Below are positions 35,226 to 50,700 of a DNA stretch of 64,000 bases, piece by piece. The translations under genes were made by a program, and so were the position numbers. The notes beneath the pieces were generated by a model that saw only the letters and a list, made by a program, of their open reading frames with translations, made no database searches and had not been told where the DNA came from. Numbering within the stretch: the stretch's first letter is position 1; every line of letters starts with the position of its first letter. Source of the stretch: Gnetum montanum (lineage: Eukaryota > Plantae > Gnetophyta); assembly GCA_015680685.1 (NCBI GenBank), contig MNCI01001451.1:284362-348361 (forward strand), written 5' to 3'.

Positions 35226-37635
35226 GAACTATTTTTAGTAAAGATTCAATTACATTGAAGAAACCAACTTTGAAACTGAAACAAAAGCAAATTAAAAAAG
35301 CTTGGAACAAATAAAAAAAGAAAAATGGAGAAGAAAGGGAGAGAGTGTATGTGTGCACACATTAAAGGGAAGAAGAGTTCAATCACAAGCAAGATGGCTA
35401 GAAATGAACATCAACAAAACAAGATTATGGTTAGGAAAACAAAAGAACAACAACAATAAGATAATGGTTGAAAGAGAAGGAGAACAATAACAAAAGCAGA
35501 CTTAGCTAAAATAGCAAATCAACACCAAAAAAAGAAGATTGTGGCTAAAATAAAAAATGAACACCAACATGAGAAGGTTGTGCCTAAAAAAAAGGAGATA
35601 GTAACAAGGGAAGATTGTGGCTATGTGTGATGAACTATGTCGACTAATAATCTTAATATTTCAGCTCTTCTCCTTTCTTTGCCTTGAATATTATTTTATG
35701 TTAAAATCAACTTTGACTAGATTTGTTGTTGAGGTTTTGGATTGTTGAGTCCTTAATTTTGGTGATGTATCTCTCCACACATCCTCTACACTCTTAGGCC
35801 TAAATAACTTAGATGAGAGTTGTTTCTATAATGATTCAAAACCACCCATAACAATTTGGGGCATATTGGCATAATGATTTGCCAATAGGGGCAAAGGATC
35901 CCTTATATGAGGATTGGTACCACTGGCAGAAAGTAAGAGTATCCTTGGACCTATGTCTTTGTTGTGATTTTTTGAAATTTTCAAAATTGTTGAATTCTTG
36001 GTTCTTGTATAGAAAATTAACTTATGATCCCCTTGAATGCTTAATCCTTATATTTGAATTTTGACTCTTATTTGTGTACCTTCTCAAGTCTAATTTTGTG
36101 ATCTTTTTATAAGTCCAATGGAGTGGGGAAATCTAAGATGTTAATTTATAGTTATTAAATATTAATGATGTTAAATTATAGCTATTAAATGTAGGTGATT
36201 TCTCAATTCTCTATTATTGTTAAATTAGATAGTTTGATTAAATGTTAATGGTATGCACTTTATTATTTTAGGTTAGAAAAGTTACTGAAATGATTTATAA
36301 TGTGAAGGTTGCTAAAAGAAAATAAAATATTTTTATTATGCAATTAAAGGGATTTGGTATTATTAATTTATACATTTCTTGTGGCCAATTTTCTGGGTTA
36401 AACAAGTTTGTTGATGAATAACATCTCATATATTATTATGATCTCAAAAAAACCAAAATATGATCAATAAATAAAGAGAAAATCAGACCTATACATTGTA
36501 TAAAAGGAAGCTTGCATAGATTTTTGTTGTCATTGTTTGGTTTTCATGGTTTTCTTTTTCTTTATCAGTAATGGTTGAGCCCAAAATTAATTATTCATTA
36601 TGGTTTGTTAATTGATGCTCGATGTAGTTATGTTTAATTCTTTTGTTAAGAGTTTGGTTTATAAACTACTGACTCGTAAGATTCTTGTGCTTCTTATCCA
36701 ACTGTCTATGTGAAAAAATTTATTAATGTGCACTATGTAAGTTTCTAATTTCTCTTACTTTTTGAATCCTAAGTATTGTATCAATAGCAATGATATTGTA
36801 AATAAATGTAAATATTGTTGTATTATTTTGTATTTCAATTTCTAGTTTTCCAAATACATGGATAATATGTTTTCCTTGAGTTTGACTTCCTTCAAACAAA
36901 TTACATGTTGATTGTCCATAATTTAAGACTACTAAGTGGAGCAAATGAATTAATTTTCTTTTTTCTAAGCTAGATGGCCACAAATACGATTTTAAGTTTT
37001 AGATGTTTTCACATTGCACTACACCTTGGATATAGTGTATTAAGAGATGTCAATCATCATATTGGCATTCTCTTCTTGCCAAATCCTTGGGCCATTTTTT
37101 GCATCATATAATTTTCTTTGTTATCCATTATTTTAATGATAGTTATATATGTTGGTCTATATGAAAGTTGAATTTCTAATAATTGATCAACTATTAGGGA
37201 AAAAAATCTGCCCTTGCATTTTCAACTAGCTTGTTGTGGGCTTTGAGCATTAAGTCTTACTTCCTATGGATCAGTGTTACAAATAGCAAGATAATTTTTA
37301 GTCTTTATGCTAAAATTTTTTTTCACAAACTTATAGGTCTAGTTAGGGATTAATATAGCATGTTTCTTCTTTGGAATTAAAGCAATCCACTTCAAATTAA
37401 TAGATTTTAGTAGACATAAAAATCTCTAAAATTCATGTACTATATCTTGTATATTTTTACCAACATTCCAATATTTCTAATAAAAATCCACTTGGAAATC
37501 CATCAAGACCTAGTGCTTCATTACTTTTGTTCATGAAAATAACTTTTCCTAATTTCTACCTTGGAATATTTTCCAAAAATGTAATATCTACCTCTAAGTT
37601 TAGCTTTATCACTATCAAGTACTTAATAATCCTTT

Positions 37636-40600
37636 CTTCTTCTTCTTTTGGAGAAAGGTTAGGATAGAAGAATATATTAAGAATGAGAAAATGTACAAAT
37701 GAGGACCTAAATCCAAACTTTAGGGGACTGCACCCCCTCTGGGATTAAATCCCTATTCCCATGTTTGCACCTAAGGACACCCTCAAGTTGTAGAAGCTAG
37801 CTTAGCAAAAATGCCCTCGAACTCAAGCTAAGTGCAATATACTATAATTAAATAGTAAAACATCAATGCCATCTATTTCTTTGGAAAAAAATAGGAAAAA
37901 AACACAAACAAGGGAAACTCCAAGAGAACCAACAAACCAAACCAACATGTCACCCTAGGAAAGACCCACAACAACCCCACAAACAACCCTGCATACACCA
38001 TTACTCCTGTTAAGAAAAACTAGAGAAAACACATTTGGCATGGACCCTGGAATTAACCCATTCCAAGATCTCTTATTGATGCTTCAAAGCCATGAAGGCA
38101 ACAATCAACTAGAACCTAATAAATTCCTCTTTCTTTTGCTATTTCTCTTCAACCGAAAAATTACTCATTTTTTCTAGGTGAAACTCAATAGCAACTAAGC
38201 AAATACATCATCTAAGGGTGGGCCATGACATTGTCCTATTAATATCCATAATTTCATAAAGGCATTATTCCTCCCACAACCAATGACTTACCGTAGACTC
38301 ATTAGCCTGATTGAGGTGCTCTTACATATGCTGCTCTTCTAGACTAGCCCTAGCCCTCTACACTTTAGCTTTCTCCTTCCTATGTTTGTAGTCTATTTCC
38401 TCTTGGAGCAGCTCTGCATGGATATCCCACTTGAGTTCCACCTTCTAATCCTACCAAAAATTAGCTTCCCATCACTTGTAATTTCTACACACCTCCTCAA
38501 CCTCCTCGTTGAGCCAATGATGCTTAGCTTGGGCTCTAGTCTACATGTTTAACATTTGTTGGAGGATAATTGCCTTCCACCTAATCCACTCCTTCTCCCA
38601 AATCCTAGCTTATGTTTCCTCAACATTCTAGTGAACCTTAATGTCTAGATCATCTAGCCCTAGTCTTCTCTCATCGTCCACCACACTCTTGATAAGAGGT
38701 TACATAGAAGATGAAGCCCCCAATGCCCCTTGGCAAGGACCAACTAATAAGTAGCACCTTGATGAACATCTATGACTATACATATGGTTAAGTGGCCCAA
38801 GGTGAATTGGGTGCTCCATAGGCCTAACCACCTATCAAAGAGCCAGGATAAACCTAGAGTGTCATCCTTTGCACTAACATTGTAAAGACTCCAAAAACAT
38901 TTTGGAAGATTCACTAGCTATGCATCCCTTATACAATGCATGAAAGCAAAGTGAGCACCTTGCAACTTCCATGTGTTACCAGACTAAACAAAGTAGTGGT
39001 CAATTAATTTTTCTACATCTTTCCATAGAGGAAGTAGTGCTAACTATGGGACTTATCCATTGGCTATCTTAGGAATGGGCCCATTGAAGAAACCTCACAT
39101 GTCATGTAGGCACCCTCCCATGGGCTAAATGACCTCCCCTGTCATTGATGTCCCCAAGTACATTGCTATTTCTTCTTCAATGAGGATTATCTGGAGACCT
39201 AGAAGAAACTTCAATCATGGAACTTAGGTTCACCTACCAAAAGCTGTAGCATGTCATTCCATCCCATATGAACAACAAGGTTCCACAACTATCATTTCTA
39301 ATGGAACATCTATGCCTCAAGTTTAAAAGTTAGAGTCATGCCCATGGCCATGGTTGACTTGACCCATAGACAATGTGCAAGGATTGCAACCTATGTTGGA
39401 GTGGGAAAAGGAGGTGTATGAAAAATATTAGTGTTCTAGGTTTCCAAATTTGCCATAGAACCATAGTATGAAAGGAATCCCTGGTCACCCAGAGCATAGG
39501 CCTGATATTGACTTTCACCCAAACCTGAATAGTGAAAGGGTAATGGAGAAAGAGGTGTCATAAACTCAATGCAAGATGAACAAAAGGAGCATTCATCATG
39601 ATTTATTAATCCCAGTGCTTTAAGATCCATACACAGTGGCAAAGAACCTTGCAAACTAAGCCAAGAAAAAAATTTTAACTTCTACAAGAGCCTCCCCTAC
39701 CAAGGATGTTTCCACCCAGCCTAGTCCAAGTACTTAAGCTTCATGGTGTCTATGGGAGTCAAGCCCATCATGCCCCCTTAGATCAGCTAATGAGCATGGG
39801 TATAGATGTTTTAACACACATGGGAGTCTCTAGGCACCACCACCCATAGAGTGTACTTAGAAGTCATGATGTGGGCCCATTGCGGTTGGCTCTCTAGATC
39901 CTACAACAAATGATTAATCAAGGCCTAACATCCTATTAGGATGACATATTTAAAATTCAACACCCCTATGCCTTCAACATCTTTAGGTCGTGTCATAATT
40001 TCTTAGCACACTAAATGTAGTTGGTGCCTACGCATCCCCCCAAACCAAATGAAGTTTTGAATAATCTAGTTAATTTTGTTAATCACTCCTACTATAGGAA
40101 TTTCCACAAAAATAACATGTGATGCCTAAAAACACTAAATAATCTAAGAGGATCTTACCCTTACATATGAGGAACCATGTAGTCCAATGCTTTATCCTTA
40201 ACAACAACCTCTAGATCAGTCAAGTCCATGTCACCTATCTATTCCAAGATAACCTGGAAATACATAGATAAAACTTATTCTCTAAACCTAGTAAAATATC
40301 AAGATATTAGCATACCTACTACCTAATCCTAGTGTCCATGTGAAAGAAATGCACTACAAACTTTCCTAGGTTGGGCTGCAACCCTATTTCCTGCACCAGG
40401 TAGGTCAGTGCATGGTTAATCACTTGGCATTGTAGCACCATGGCCCTGGTCATGAGGATGGTATCATTAGCATAATGTTCCATGATGCATGTGGTGCCAA
40501 CAATGCTTAGCCCCTACACACCTTCCTCCTTGCAATATAGTTACATGATGTCCATTACAATGATGAATAGGTAAAGAGAAAGGGGATCCCCTTGCCATAA

Positions 40601-43155
40601 TCTCCTAATGGGGGAGGAAAACTCTTAGAGCTATCCACTGAGATCAAAGGAGTAGGCACTAGTTTGCTGGATGAGGTTCACAAAGTGTTGGTGAACCCCT
40701 TTCCTCAACATGATCTCATGGAGTTCCTACCATTGAATGGTATCATAGGCTTTTGTGATATCTAGTTTGATGCATATACTAGGAAGAAAGGAACATTTGA
40801 TGGAGTGAACCACTTTGTGAAGTAAAAGGTTTTGATCTTGAATGAATCTTTCTTTACTAAACCTAGCCTAATGAATACCCACCAAAAAAGGCATTGGGGG
40901 TTGTAAACTATGCACCAAAATTTTTGTAAAAACCCTTAGTAAGGTATTACACATCCAAATTAGCCAGTAGTGAGATGGTTGGGTGGGGTTGGGAATCTTT
41001 GGCAATAGGAAAATTCGTGAACAATTAGTTTCATTATGAACTTGTCCCCACCAAAGCATCAAATTAAGAGCATCTAGCAAATTTTGTTCCATAACATCAA
41101 AAAACATTCCCAGAAGAATTCGATGGATCACCCATCAAGGCCTAGGGCTCTGGCCACCTTAATGAAAGTCATAGCCCCAAAGACCTTAGCCATAGTGATA
41201 GGGGCAAGGAGAGAAGAATTATCCACATCATTTATAACCTTTTGGATAGGAATGAAGAGAGGAGAGGAAACTCCTTGAGATCAAACCAAACCATAAAAAT
41301 TTTATATCTCATGGACAATTCCCTATGGTTGATGAAGGTACATAGAACCTTTGAAAATGCTATGAATTTGTTTACCTTAGTAGTTTGCCTCAGCCACCAT
41401 GAAAAGGAAACATGTATTATGGTCTCCCTCTTTAAGCCAATGAATCCAAAATCACTACCTCCATTACTACTCCTCCTCTACATCTAAGCTTTGAAGCTCC
41501 ACCAAGAGGCTATATTCCCCATTTTCTAGGTGTTCCTCATTTTCCTATTTGACTTGGATGATAACTAGCTCCTTGTTCCTCAAAAAGAAAACTTTTGAAT
41601 ACCCCACAAGCTCTTAATTTATTTCTTAAGATCATTGAGGCCTTGCTTGAGGAATTCCCAAGGGTTGGTGTTGGCAGCAAGATACCAATCCCAAATCACC
41701 TCAACGATCAAACGTAGCCAAGCTTTGGAAAGCCAACACCTCTCAAATCTAAAAGAAACTAGAGGAGATGTCTAGGCATTGGTGATCAAAAAAACCAATG
41801 CCTAGTGATCCAATGCTTTTTACTCATGGCATTAGATTGTGACCTCATATCTTGTAAGCAACTCTGCATGAACTCAAGCTTTATGAATACAAAACATGAT
41901 GTGATCATGACCACTCCTCCTATTGCTCCAAGTAAATTGGCAACCTTGAAGCTCCAAGTCTACTAAATTGTGCCTCTATAGAAATTGTAGGAACTCCTAA
42001 CTTCCAAGGAAGGACTCAAACCCCAAATTAAAGCCTATTTTTTATGAGGAGTGCAAGCACTAGTTAAAATCCCCAATGATAATCCATGATTTGGAGTCAA
42101 GGATGAGCCCTACAACTTTGATGATCTCATGTAACCTATCCTTCCATACTTGAGATCCATAAAAATTCGTCACCATAGATTTTTTAACTTGGGTAAACAT
42201 AGTAAGGCTCTAGAAAGACTCATCCAACACCACAAAAGGGTGTCTAGATAACACTACCAAGCCTCCCACTCTACCATAGCAATGCAAAAAATGAAAATAT
42301 GAACCTTACCATCATAGGTTGTGATAATTCATGCAATTCAATTTGGTTTCCTATAGACATACCAATAAACACATCTCCTCTCATACCAATTCCTTAAGGA
42401 TATTTTGTTCGTAAGAGGTACCCTGACCCCTGCAGTTCCAAGAAAGAATCTTATTGGTCTACTAATAGACCAATTTTTGTATACCTCCTTGAGGATCATC
42501 TATGACCTAATGTTAATATCAAACTACATCTTTTTTGTTCAAACTATATGCCAAAAGGACTACCTACTCGTTTTGGCTCATCCTCCACTAGGAACCCCTC
42601 GGAGTCTTCTGTGAAAATCCTTTACATCACTATGTCAAATAAAGGTTTTGAAGATTCATGCATTGTAGACACCCAGCTACCAAAGGAAGGAAGCTCCACC
42701 TCATGTAAGCTAGAGCAATCCTCCAAGACTAGAGTTCCTACAAAGTTAACTAAGGATTAGGTCCTCACCCCAACCTCCACAAACACTCCCTTGCACAAGC
42801 CCTAGGCCATATTGGGGGAGCTAGCCCACATTGAACCTTTCTCCATCCCATCACTTGCCTCTAAGTTCTTATCTGTCATAGTGGATGAATTGGGATTCCC
42901 CCCCCCCTCCCCCACNCCACTTCCCAATTCCTTCATCCTTAATCATCAGATCAATCCCTTGGAAAGTACCACCTATGCCAGCATCCTCACCTACAACCTT
43001 GTCCAAGGCATTCAAGGTACCTCCACTTATAGGCCCTCCCAACCTACTATGCTCCATTAGGCTCAGCTCCATGCCCCCTACGTAACCATCGATGCCCCCT
43101 AGTTCACTCCTACTTTCAAGCCCACCACTCCCACCACTCATGGTTACCTCCTCTC
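37636..43155 (-). mobile_element. L1-clade LINE copy D
   Basis: TSD TAATAATCCTTT (37624-37635 / 43156-43167); (AAG)n tail; KILSWNCRG (~42450); WIIIGDFN; IKLDITKAYD; QGDPLSLYLF; HYANDT; zf-RVT ~39560-39700; extension from MGMTLTF (39345). Confidence 0.88.
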
Positions 43156-44327
43156 TAATAATCCTTTATTTGAAGTCTCTAAGTATGAAAATAAATCTTT
43201 AAATTATTTAAGTATAATATTATTGATTTCTTATCTAAACATTGAATGAGCTTACCAATTGAATTGCAAGTTATATGCACAACTGAGGATTGAACTTGTA
43301 ACCTTATAATTAAAGTTATTTTATAGACAAGCTCAACCATCTCAACCATGATCATGTTGATAAGATTATTCAATGTTCAAACATCAAATCCAGTTGGAAA
43401 AGATGGAGACAAACTATGACTAATTCATTTATGTCCTTCATTATTTTCTATCTTCCTTCATCAATTTCATAGTATTATTATAGGCACTATGCTTAGATGC
43501 AACTATTTGAGAAAATTTATAGTTAACATCTCTCTCCTTATTCCTCCTTATTCCACTAAATTATAGATTTTTAAAACTAGTATGCTCTTTTCTAATTTTG
43601 AAATTTTTGAAAATCAATAAGCAGCTGTCCTTTTTTAAGATCATTTTTCTAAACCTATCATTGACTTTTATAACTTAAACATTATGAAGACTGTTCTATG
43701 TTTCTTCCTTCTATGAATATAACATGTGAGCATCATACCAAATCTTAATTTCAAATTAAACATTGTGTAATTACTATAAATAAATAAATCATTTACAACC
43801 AATGGAATTAGTATTTCACCAATTTGTCATTTAATCATATATTTCTTTTATAACAAACCAACTATTGTTCCATCTAAATATTACTTTTATGTGGCTTCAT
43901 TTCATCATAAACTAGGCCAATTATCTAGACTAATTCTATCAAATTTCCATCCTAAATTTGGAAAAATATTTCAAAGCATTTAACATTTCTCATGAACCAG
44001 CCAATTTTGGAAAAAATTAAATCATCCTTTCATTGATTACTCTACATATAGTCACAAGATTTTTAAAAATATGTATTAAGTCATGATCATTTATGAATTT
44101 GTAAAGTAGTTCTACACTTTTAAGGCAAACTATTTAGACATTGACTACAAAGAAATTAGTTTATATCCCTTTGGTGCCTATGTTTTCTACCTTTATTTTC
44201 ATGTTCTTAAAATATAGTATTAAAATCTCCACCAATTAAAATAGAACATACCATTCAAATTCAACTAAAACTAAATGTATTTATTTATATCCACTAAAAG
44301 CCCATATGTCCATAACTCTATGTTATC

Positions 44328-44390
44328 TACTAGAATTGAACCTATGACCTAGGATTTCATGTCAGGACTCTTACCATAAAGCCAATATCT
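44328..44390 (-). mobile_element. Possible tRNA-derived SINE head (Pol III A/B boxes)
   Basis: Minus strand TGGCTTTATGG ... GGTTCAATTCT with tRNA-like spacing; no cloverleaf. Confidence 0.35.
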
Positions 44391-44703
44391 GATTATTTGA
44401 ATATTACCTTGATTTATTTTAATAATCTTGAATATTCATTGCAACATTTAATTAAATGTCCATCTTCATCAAAATACATACCAATAAACCCAAAATATTT
44501 GACTCTAGTTCCTGATGGTTGTGTCATCATAAAACCTAATACCCTAAAAATTCTTAAGCCACAATTTATGTATCTACATTGGAATTAGAAATCCAAAAGA
44601 AAATTTAGAAACATGATTTTCTACACCTTACCAAGATCAATTCAAATACTATTTTGGCTTACATTGTTCTCATAATTTTATGAATCTTTCCAACATCCAT
44701 TAT

Positions 44704-45702
44704 TGATGAGTGGCGAGGTACCCCTACACTAAACCATATGAAACGAACGTAGCACGCGCGATCCAGTCGAACTCCGCAGACTAAATGCCTAACGTTGCAA
44801 GGAACACTTGGGGTTAATTAATCGTTGTCTTCCTAGACTTACTTGTTGTTGTCACAGTGTATGGTTAAGTAAGTCTGAGGTATATGATTTTTATGGTCTT
44901 TTATGGTTTATCTCCTATGCTAAAGGGTGAAGGATTGGAGAAACTAACTAACTCTAACTAAAGATCTAAGTCTAAATTAACTAGTGTCAGCATCCGTTCC
45001 CACTTACCGTACACACCCTGAACTATGCAACTGTGGCTACCAAACGCTAATCGTTACTGGGATTACCACACGTAATGCACGTGCTTGAAGCGGTCGTACT
45101 GAGACACCTAACTAGCCTAAGTGTGATAAGCAGCCGATTCCTTGACTAGCCATACACACCCGTAGGTGCTCGTAGCCAATTCGTACTTACCCCACATTCT
45201 AGGAGACAAGGGTGAGAGAATCTAATCGCGATGAGTAGCTGATTCCTTGGCTAGCCGTACACGTTGTTCAACGCTCGTAACCAAGTCGTACTCATGCCAC
45301 GTTACTAGGAAAGTAATAAATAACATTAAATAAACCTATCCATGTACTACAAGGTTTATCCACAAAGCTCGTCTTTATTGCCGTACACAACTTGCGTTCA
45401 GGTACAAGCTGCTTGAATAAAGAACCGTTCACTTGGAGGACTCCTACTCCGGGCACATGGAAAATATTCTATCTCTGGGGTGATCAATCTGCCAGAGCTT
45501 CGCTACTTTACGCCTATCTGATTGAAAATGAGGGGAGTGCTACCTCTTATTTATAGATATGGCGGCGGACCACGATATCGCGTACGCGATATCACAGGGA
45601 ATGACACGATATCGCGTACACAATATCGCAGGGGATGCGATATCGTGGCGGCTGCAATATTGCGTACGCGATATCGCGACCTGTGCATATCGCGTCTCAT
45701 CA
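44704..45702 (-). repeat. 3' LTR (999 bp) of the non-autonomous element
   Basis: TGATGAGAC...CCACTCATCA on the minus strand; matches 51214-51960 and 62733-63582. Confidence 0.93.
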
Positions 45703-47043
45703 TACCCCCATGACTGAATGAAAACTCGTCCTCGAGTTCCTTACAATGATATCAGGTAGGTATGGGATTATTAGGGGAAATGGAACTAATGGGATGACAT
45801 GTGAACGGTCTTTATTACAAGACTTGACAAAAACTGGTGTTCATGACAACATGGGTGAACACCTTATTACAATGACATCAGGCCACAGTTGGCAGCTGAG
45901 AGAAAAGAGGAGAGAGAATAGAAGAGAAGAAGAGAGAAGAGTCTTGTTGCTGCCAACGCCTAGATTGCGCCTTCCGTTGTCCATCCGTAAGCGCATTATC
46001 AATTCTGCTCCTTGCATAGCGGCTTCAATGCTGCTCCACTCCAAGTGTTTGCTCCAGATCCATTCCGTTGTTGTATGATGGCCATCTGCACCCACAACAC
46101 AATCATATATTAGCAAGGGTAATTGAATCATTAAGTAAATCATACCTTGCTTCGGTTTAGGTTCCTTGGCTAAGTTGTGGTATGGCTAATATGGATCTGG
46201 GAAAATGTAGATGATGACTACCGAAGGTATAGGGGTTAGGAAGAAAAACGAAAAAATCCGGGGCTTAGGATAAAAATCGAAAAATCAGGCCCCGTACCCC
46301 CATGACTAATCGCGAACCTCCGGTAGCGTTAGAATGGAGAGAGAAAAGGAATAGGAATGATAGGTAAAAAGGGACAACTATGGCATCGATAAAAAGGATG
46401 TCATGATGGAAATGAACAAAAATGTTAATTAATTGCAAAATGTTAAGGAAAAGAAGTTAACTAATGTTCCAAATAGGAATGTCAGTGGGTCCTCCCCAAA
46501 GCAGGCTCATGCCCTTAATGCCCTGACAATCCCACATTCAAAGAGTCCGTGGGCTCTGGGAATGTCCTTTGGAACAAGAGTTAAAGTCTTAACCGTAAGA
46601 ATTTACCAAAAAGAAAACAAAGCATCAACCAAAGTATATACAATGATACAACCGGCAATGAGGTGAACAATGGAGAGAAGGATGGGAAGAAGAGAAGTGG
46701 AATGGAATCCCAAGAACAAGGTGGTGTACAGCCCCTTGTGTGTTTCATGATTAATGTGACTTGGCGAATCTCATTCCAACTCTGGCCTCAAACCAACCAC
46801 TTCCAGTGACTTCGCATCAATGCAGTTGGTTAAATCATCCACTTGGGTAACAAGGATGCAACTTCGAGAAGCCACCACCATTCCGACGAAACAACAGAGA
46901 GAATGGGAAGCGAGAAGGGCCTTAGTTAGAGGGAACACTTTGGTTCCATAACCAGTGCTTGTAGCCCAAATTTATTCCGTCTAAGGGGTGTGCTTTGAAT
47001 CCTCACTTTTAGCTTTTTAGTTTCTTTTCTTCTTTTTTCTTCT

Positions 47044-47076
<33 letters not shown>

Positions 47077-47730
47077 TGTTTTGTGTTTTTATGCGTGGGG
47101 ACCACACCATGCAAAGACTTCTTTATTTTTATTGTCTCAGCTTCCGATTATTGGGTTACATCGGAACGGTAAGAAAACCCAAGAAGAAAACATCCAAGCA
47201 CCCAAGTGAATGACCAACACAAGAGCACCAAGTTCCCTTGAAGTCACACCCTTTTCAAATCCTTGAGTCCTTCCTTAGTTTGAGAAATGCCCAGTCACTG
47301 GTTCGTTAAAGTTCTTATTGGAAGGGAACTGTACATTTCCAAGCCAAGGGAAACCATAGACTTGATGGATGGATGGATGAAGTGATCTCATTGCCTGCCA
47401 TATCAAAAGAACATACCTTAGTATCAACAATGTAACTTAAAGGTAAAAACCAAACATTAGCAATTAATGAAAAACAGTTCATCCCATCGGCCCGAACACT
47501 TATTGGGTGACGAATTTACATGATGGATGACACACACACACACACACACACAAAAAGATAGAAAAGTATAACGATGTTGTAAAACAAAAACAAGAAAAGT
47601 TAAAGAAAGTTGTAAAACAAAAATTAGAAAAGTTAAAGAAATTTGTAAAACAAAAATGTGTAAAACAAAAACGTTGTAAAACAAAAATGTGTAAAACAAA
47701 AACTGAAAAAGAACTGAGGGCCCCATATGG

Positions 47731-50700
47731 TTAGCATAGGTGGCCATCTCCCCCATGACTGAGTTGTAAGGGAGAGATCCGAAATAGTGAGCGCCTATTT
47801 GAATTTCTAAGAAGTGCCCAACTTCTCCCAATTGATGATCTTAAGTTCAGGGGTGGAAGTTGGCGACGCTCACGTTCCAATGTGTCTATGCCACGGTTGT
47901 TGGCATGAGTTTCCTCAGTTCGTTCCATGCATATTTGTTTGCCCCTATGAGAAGCTGTCAACCACGGGGTGTCTACTACTTCTTGTGTGGTTGCTACATA
48001 CAGGCATCTTTGTTGCAGAGTTTCTTGGGCATACCTGTTACATGGAGACATTTCCTCCATGTCATCACTCGATGAATCACTGTATGTGATGCATGGAACT
48101 ATCCTCTTCTCGATCTTTCCACATATGTTTATCTTAGAGATTTCCAAGGAAAGATCGTGGATCCTAAGGCATGCGTCTACTGTACTTAGCCATGCCCTTC
48201 CCATTATAATTGGGAAGTCCCTTTCATTGTTGTTCACTTCGATCACCAGAAAGTCAGCTGGGTAGGACCAACCACACACAGTGGTGATGACGTCCTCCAC
48301 CAATCCCAAGGAAATGGTGATGGACTGGTCCGCCAGCTCTAGTTGTATGTTACTCTTCTTAAGTTGGGGCAGGTTCCAGGCTTGATACATCTCTTGTGAA
48401 ATTAAGTTGACTTCGGAACCTGAGTCAAGAAGAGCTCGATGTGGTGCATTTCCAGCGATCCACAAATAAATAAAGGGACTCCTAGGGTTAATTAGTTTGC
48501 TAGGAAGGTGGCCTACCTTGATCCAATCAGTTACGATATGTGTTAACATAACCGTATGTGTTACGCTTTGTTGGACTGAAGGGTTCTCCGAAGCGTTAGT
48601 GGTTAGAGGCCTATACATGTACTCATCCGCTTGTTGTTGCGAGAGTTTGTCTGGGCTCCTAGTTCTGAAGAAGAGTCTCTTCTTTGTATAGTTGTCAGAA
48701 CTAACACCCGGTTGGATATTTACATGTTGAATATTTACAGCTCTCGCGACTTGATGTTGCTGCGGTTGGGTAGGTAATTCCCCTTGCATTGTTGGAACAG
48801 GTTGTATGGGAACTACAAGTGGAAGAGGTGCGGGCAAAGTTAGAGGATGGACTGAATGTGAGATATCTCCCTGAGGAGAAGGAGTCCTCTTGAAGTACTC
48901 CCAAACTTGGTAGTGACGTCGGGGGGTAGTGTGACCCATAGAGTCACCTGGAGAAACTGGCTGCTACACATAATACTCGTAAGGATCGGGCTGCCGATAA
49001 GGGTATTGATGTGTTGGCGGTGGCATCCCCCATGACTGTGGGTATTGTCATTGCTGATGTTGTCCAATGGGCTATGGAGGCGTTCCACTTGGATAATATG
49101 TCAAGTGTTGGTGGAACTGCCTTGGGTTACCTTGTTGATAAGGTAACCTTCGGGGAGTTTGCCATTGATTAAGTCTTGGATTTAATGCATACGCCCCAAA
49201 CTCCTGCAGATGTGAGATAATTGGGCAACATCCCTTAGGATGGTCATAATAGCAGACCTCACATCTACTATCATTGTCTGAATCAGAATTCACAGCCTCA
49301 TCGGAGATAGGAATTTTCCCCTTACCCTTGTTATGTGCAGGGCTTAAGTTTCTCCGCCTGGTTTTGCCTTTGTCACTACTTTGCTCTACCTTAGACTCTT
49401 CTACGATTTTTAAGACTATTTCTATTCTTGAGTCTAAGGAATCCCACATTTGGTCTACCTTAGCCGATACCTTGGTGGTTAACTTTTGGATCGGTAAGGT
49501 TTTCCGATTCACTAACTCTTCGATTGGTGACTCATCCTCTTCATCACAAAATTTCACTCCCTTCTTTCAAAGGGAGGGATTGCGGTTGTACTCCTCTGCA
49601 CTTTCCCTCTTATGTAGCTCACCCTCTTCTTGTGCTACTTGTTCCAACAAACTTTCAACTTCATGGGCTCTCAGTTGGGAAAGTCTCCCTTGGGCATAAG
49701 TCCCAAGAGTTCTTCTTGTTTCATTCCTTAGCCCATCCACGATGTGGTGAACTTGATCCCGCTTAGCGTACCCATGGCCTAGGCAGTGATGTAGCAGTGT
49801 ATAGTAGTGGGCCATGGCAGCATCCAAGGGTTCATAAGCACCTTGTTTCCAGCCTTGGATCTGCTTACGCAAATTGGACACTCTGGAGTACGTCTGATAT
49901 TTTTTGTTGAACAGTTTAAGCATCGTACTCCACCTCCTGATGGTTTCTGGTTCTAAGGACCGGTACCAACTCTCTGCTTCTTTGATGAGTGTCCTTGGGA
50001 ACAACTTAAGCTTCTGCCACTCATTATCTATATTTTGCAAGGCACAAGCATCGTGGAATGCCTGTAAATGATGTTGAGGATCAGCGTTGTATCCCCCTTC
50101 AAAATGTGGGATATTATTTATGTCCAAACGCTTGATCCTGCTATCTTTTAAGTGCCTTGTGGGGATCCTAACTACCTCTGTGATGTCTAGCATGCTTCGG
50201 GTTGTGAGTAGGGGTTCATCATAGTCATCTCTATCATGATTTCTATGATGTCTTCGTGGTAGTTCCCTACTCTCCCTACGTTCTTGCCCTTGTCCTAACT
50301 CCTCTCGACTTTCTTCTCGAGGTCTTTCATCTTCCTTACTTTTACCCTCTCCGTTGTGCTCACGGTGGTTGTGCCCAGATGTGGAAGGAGAGTGTGAATG
50401 GTGAGATGGAGGAGAAGAGGAAGAGGATCCATCACCATGGCAATGTTTCTTACCTTCTCTTCGGCTACTTCGGCCCCGATCGTTGTGACGATCTAAGTGT
50501 CCGTCCTTAGTGTGAGTGGTTGTTCCTGCCATGAACAGTTGGTGTTCACGAGGATTAGAGCCCGTAGCATGTACAGTTGATCGAAGGCCTTGATGCCTAA
50601 CCTCTTCACCATTGTGAGGAGGAGGAACATCATTTTCTAAGAAACCCATTGTGAGGGGTTTCTCGTCTCTTATTTCACTAAGGACATGGGGGACCTTGCC

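Noticed and set aside
33500-37600. Possible exons or a DNA-transposon relic in the AT-rich stretch (e.g. AG..GTAAG at ~35887-35937)
   Set aside because: No recognisable protein motif, TIR or TSD, and the candidate is on the opposite strand to the host gene.
42455-43141. Short, different ORF1 in LINE copy D as a possible ORF1 swap
   Set aside because: Cannot be distinguished from 5' truncation within the Gly-rich ORF1 linker.
44328-44390. tRNA gene
   Set aside because: Only A/B-box-like motifs with no acceptor or anticodon stems. Kept as a low-confidence SINE-like feature.
43170-44700. Additional decayed LINE on the minus strand
   Set aside because: Only faint knuckle-like and APE-like traces, too eroded to call.
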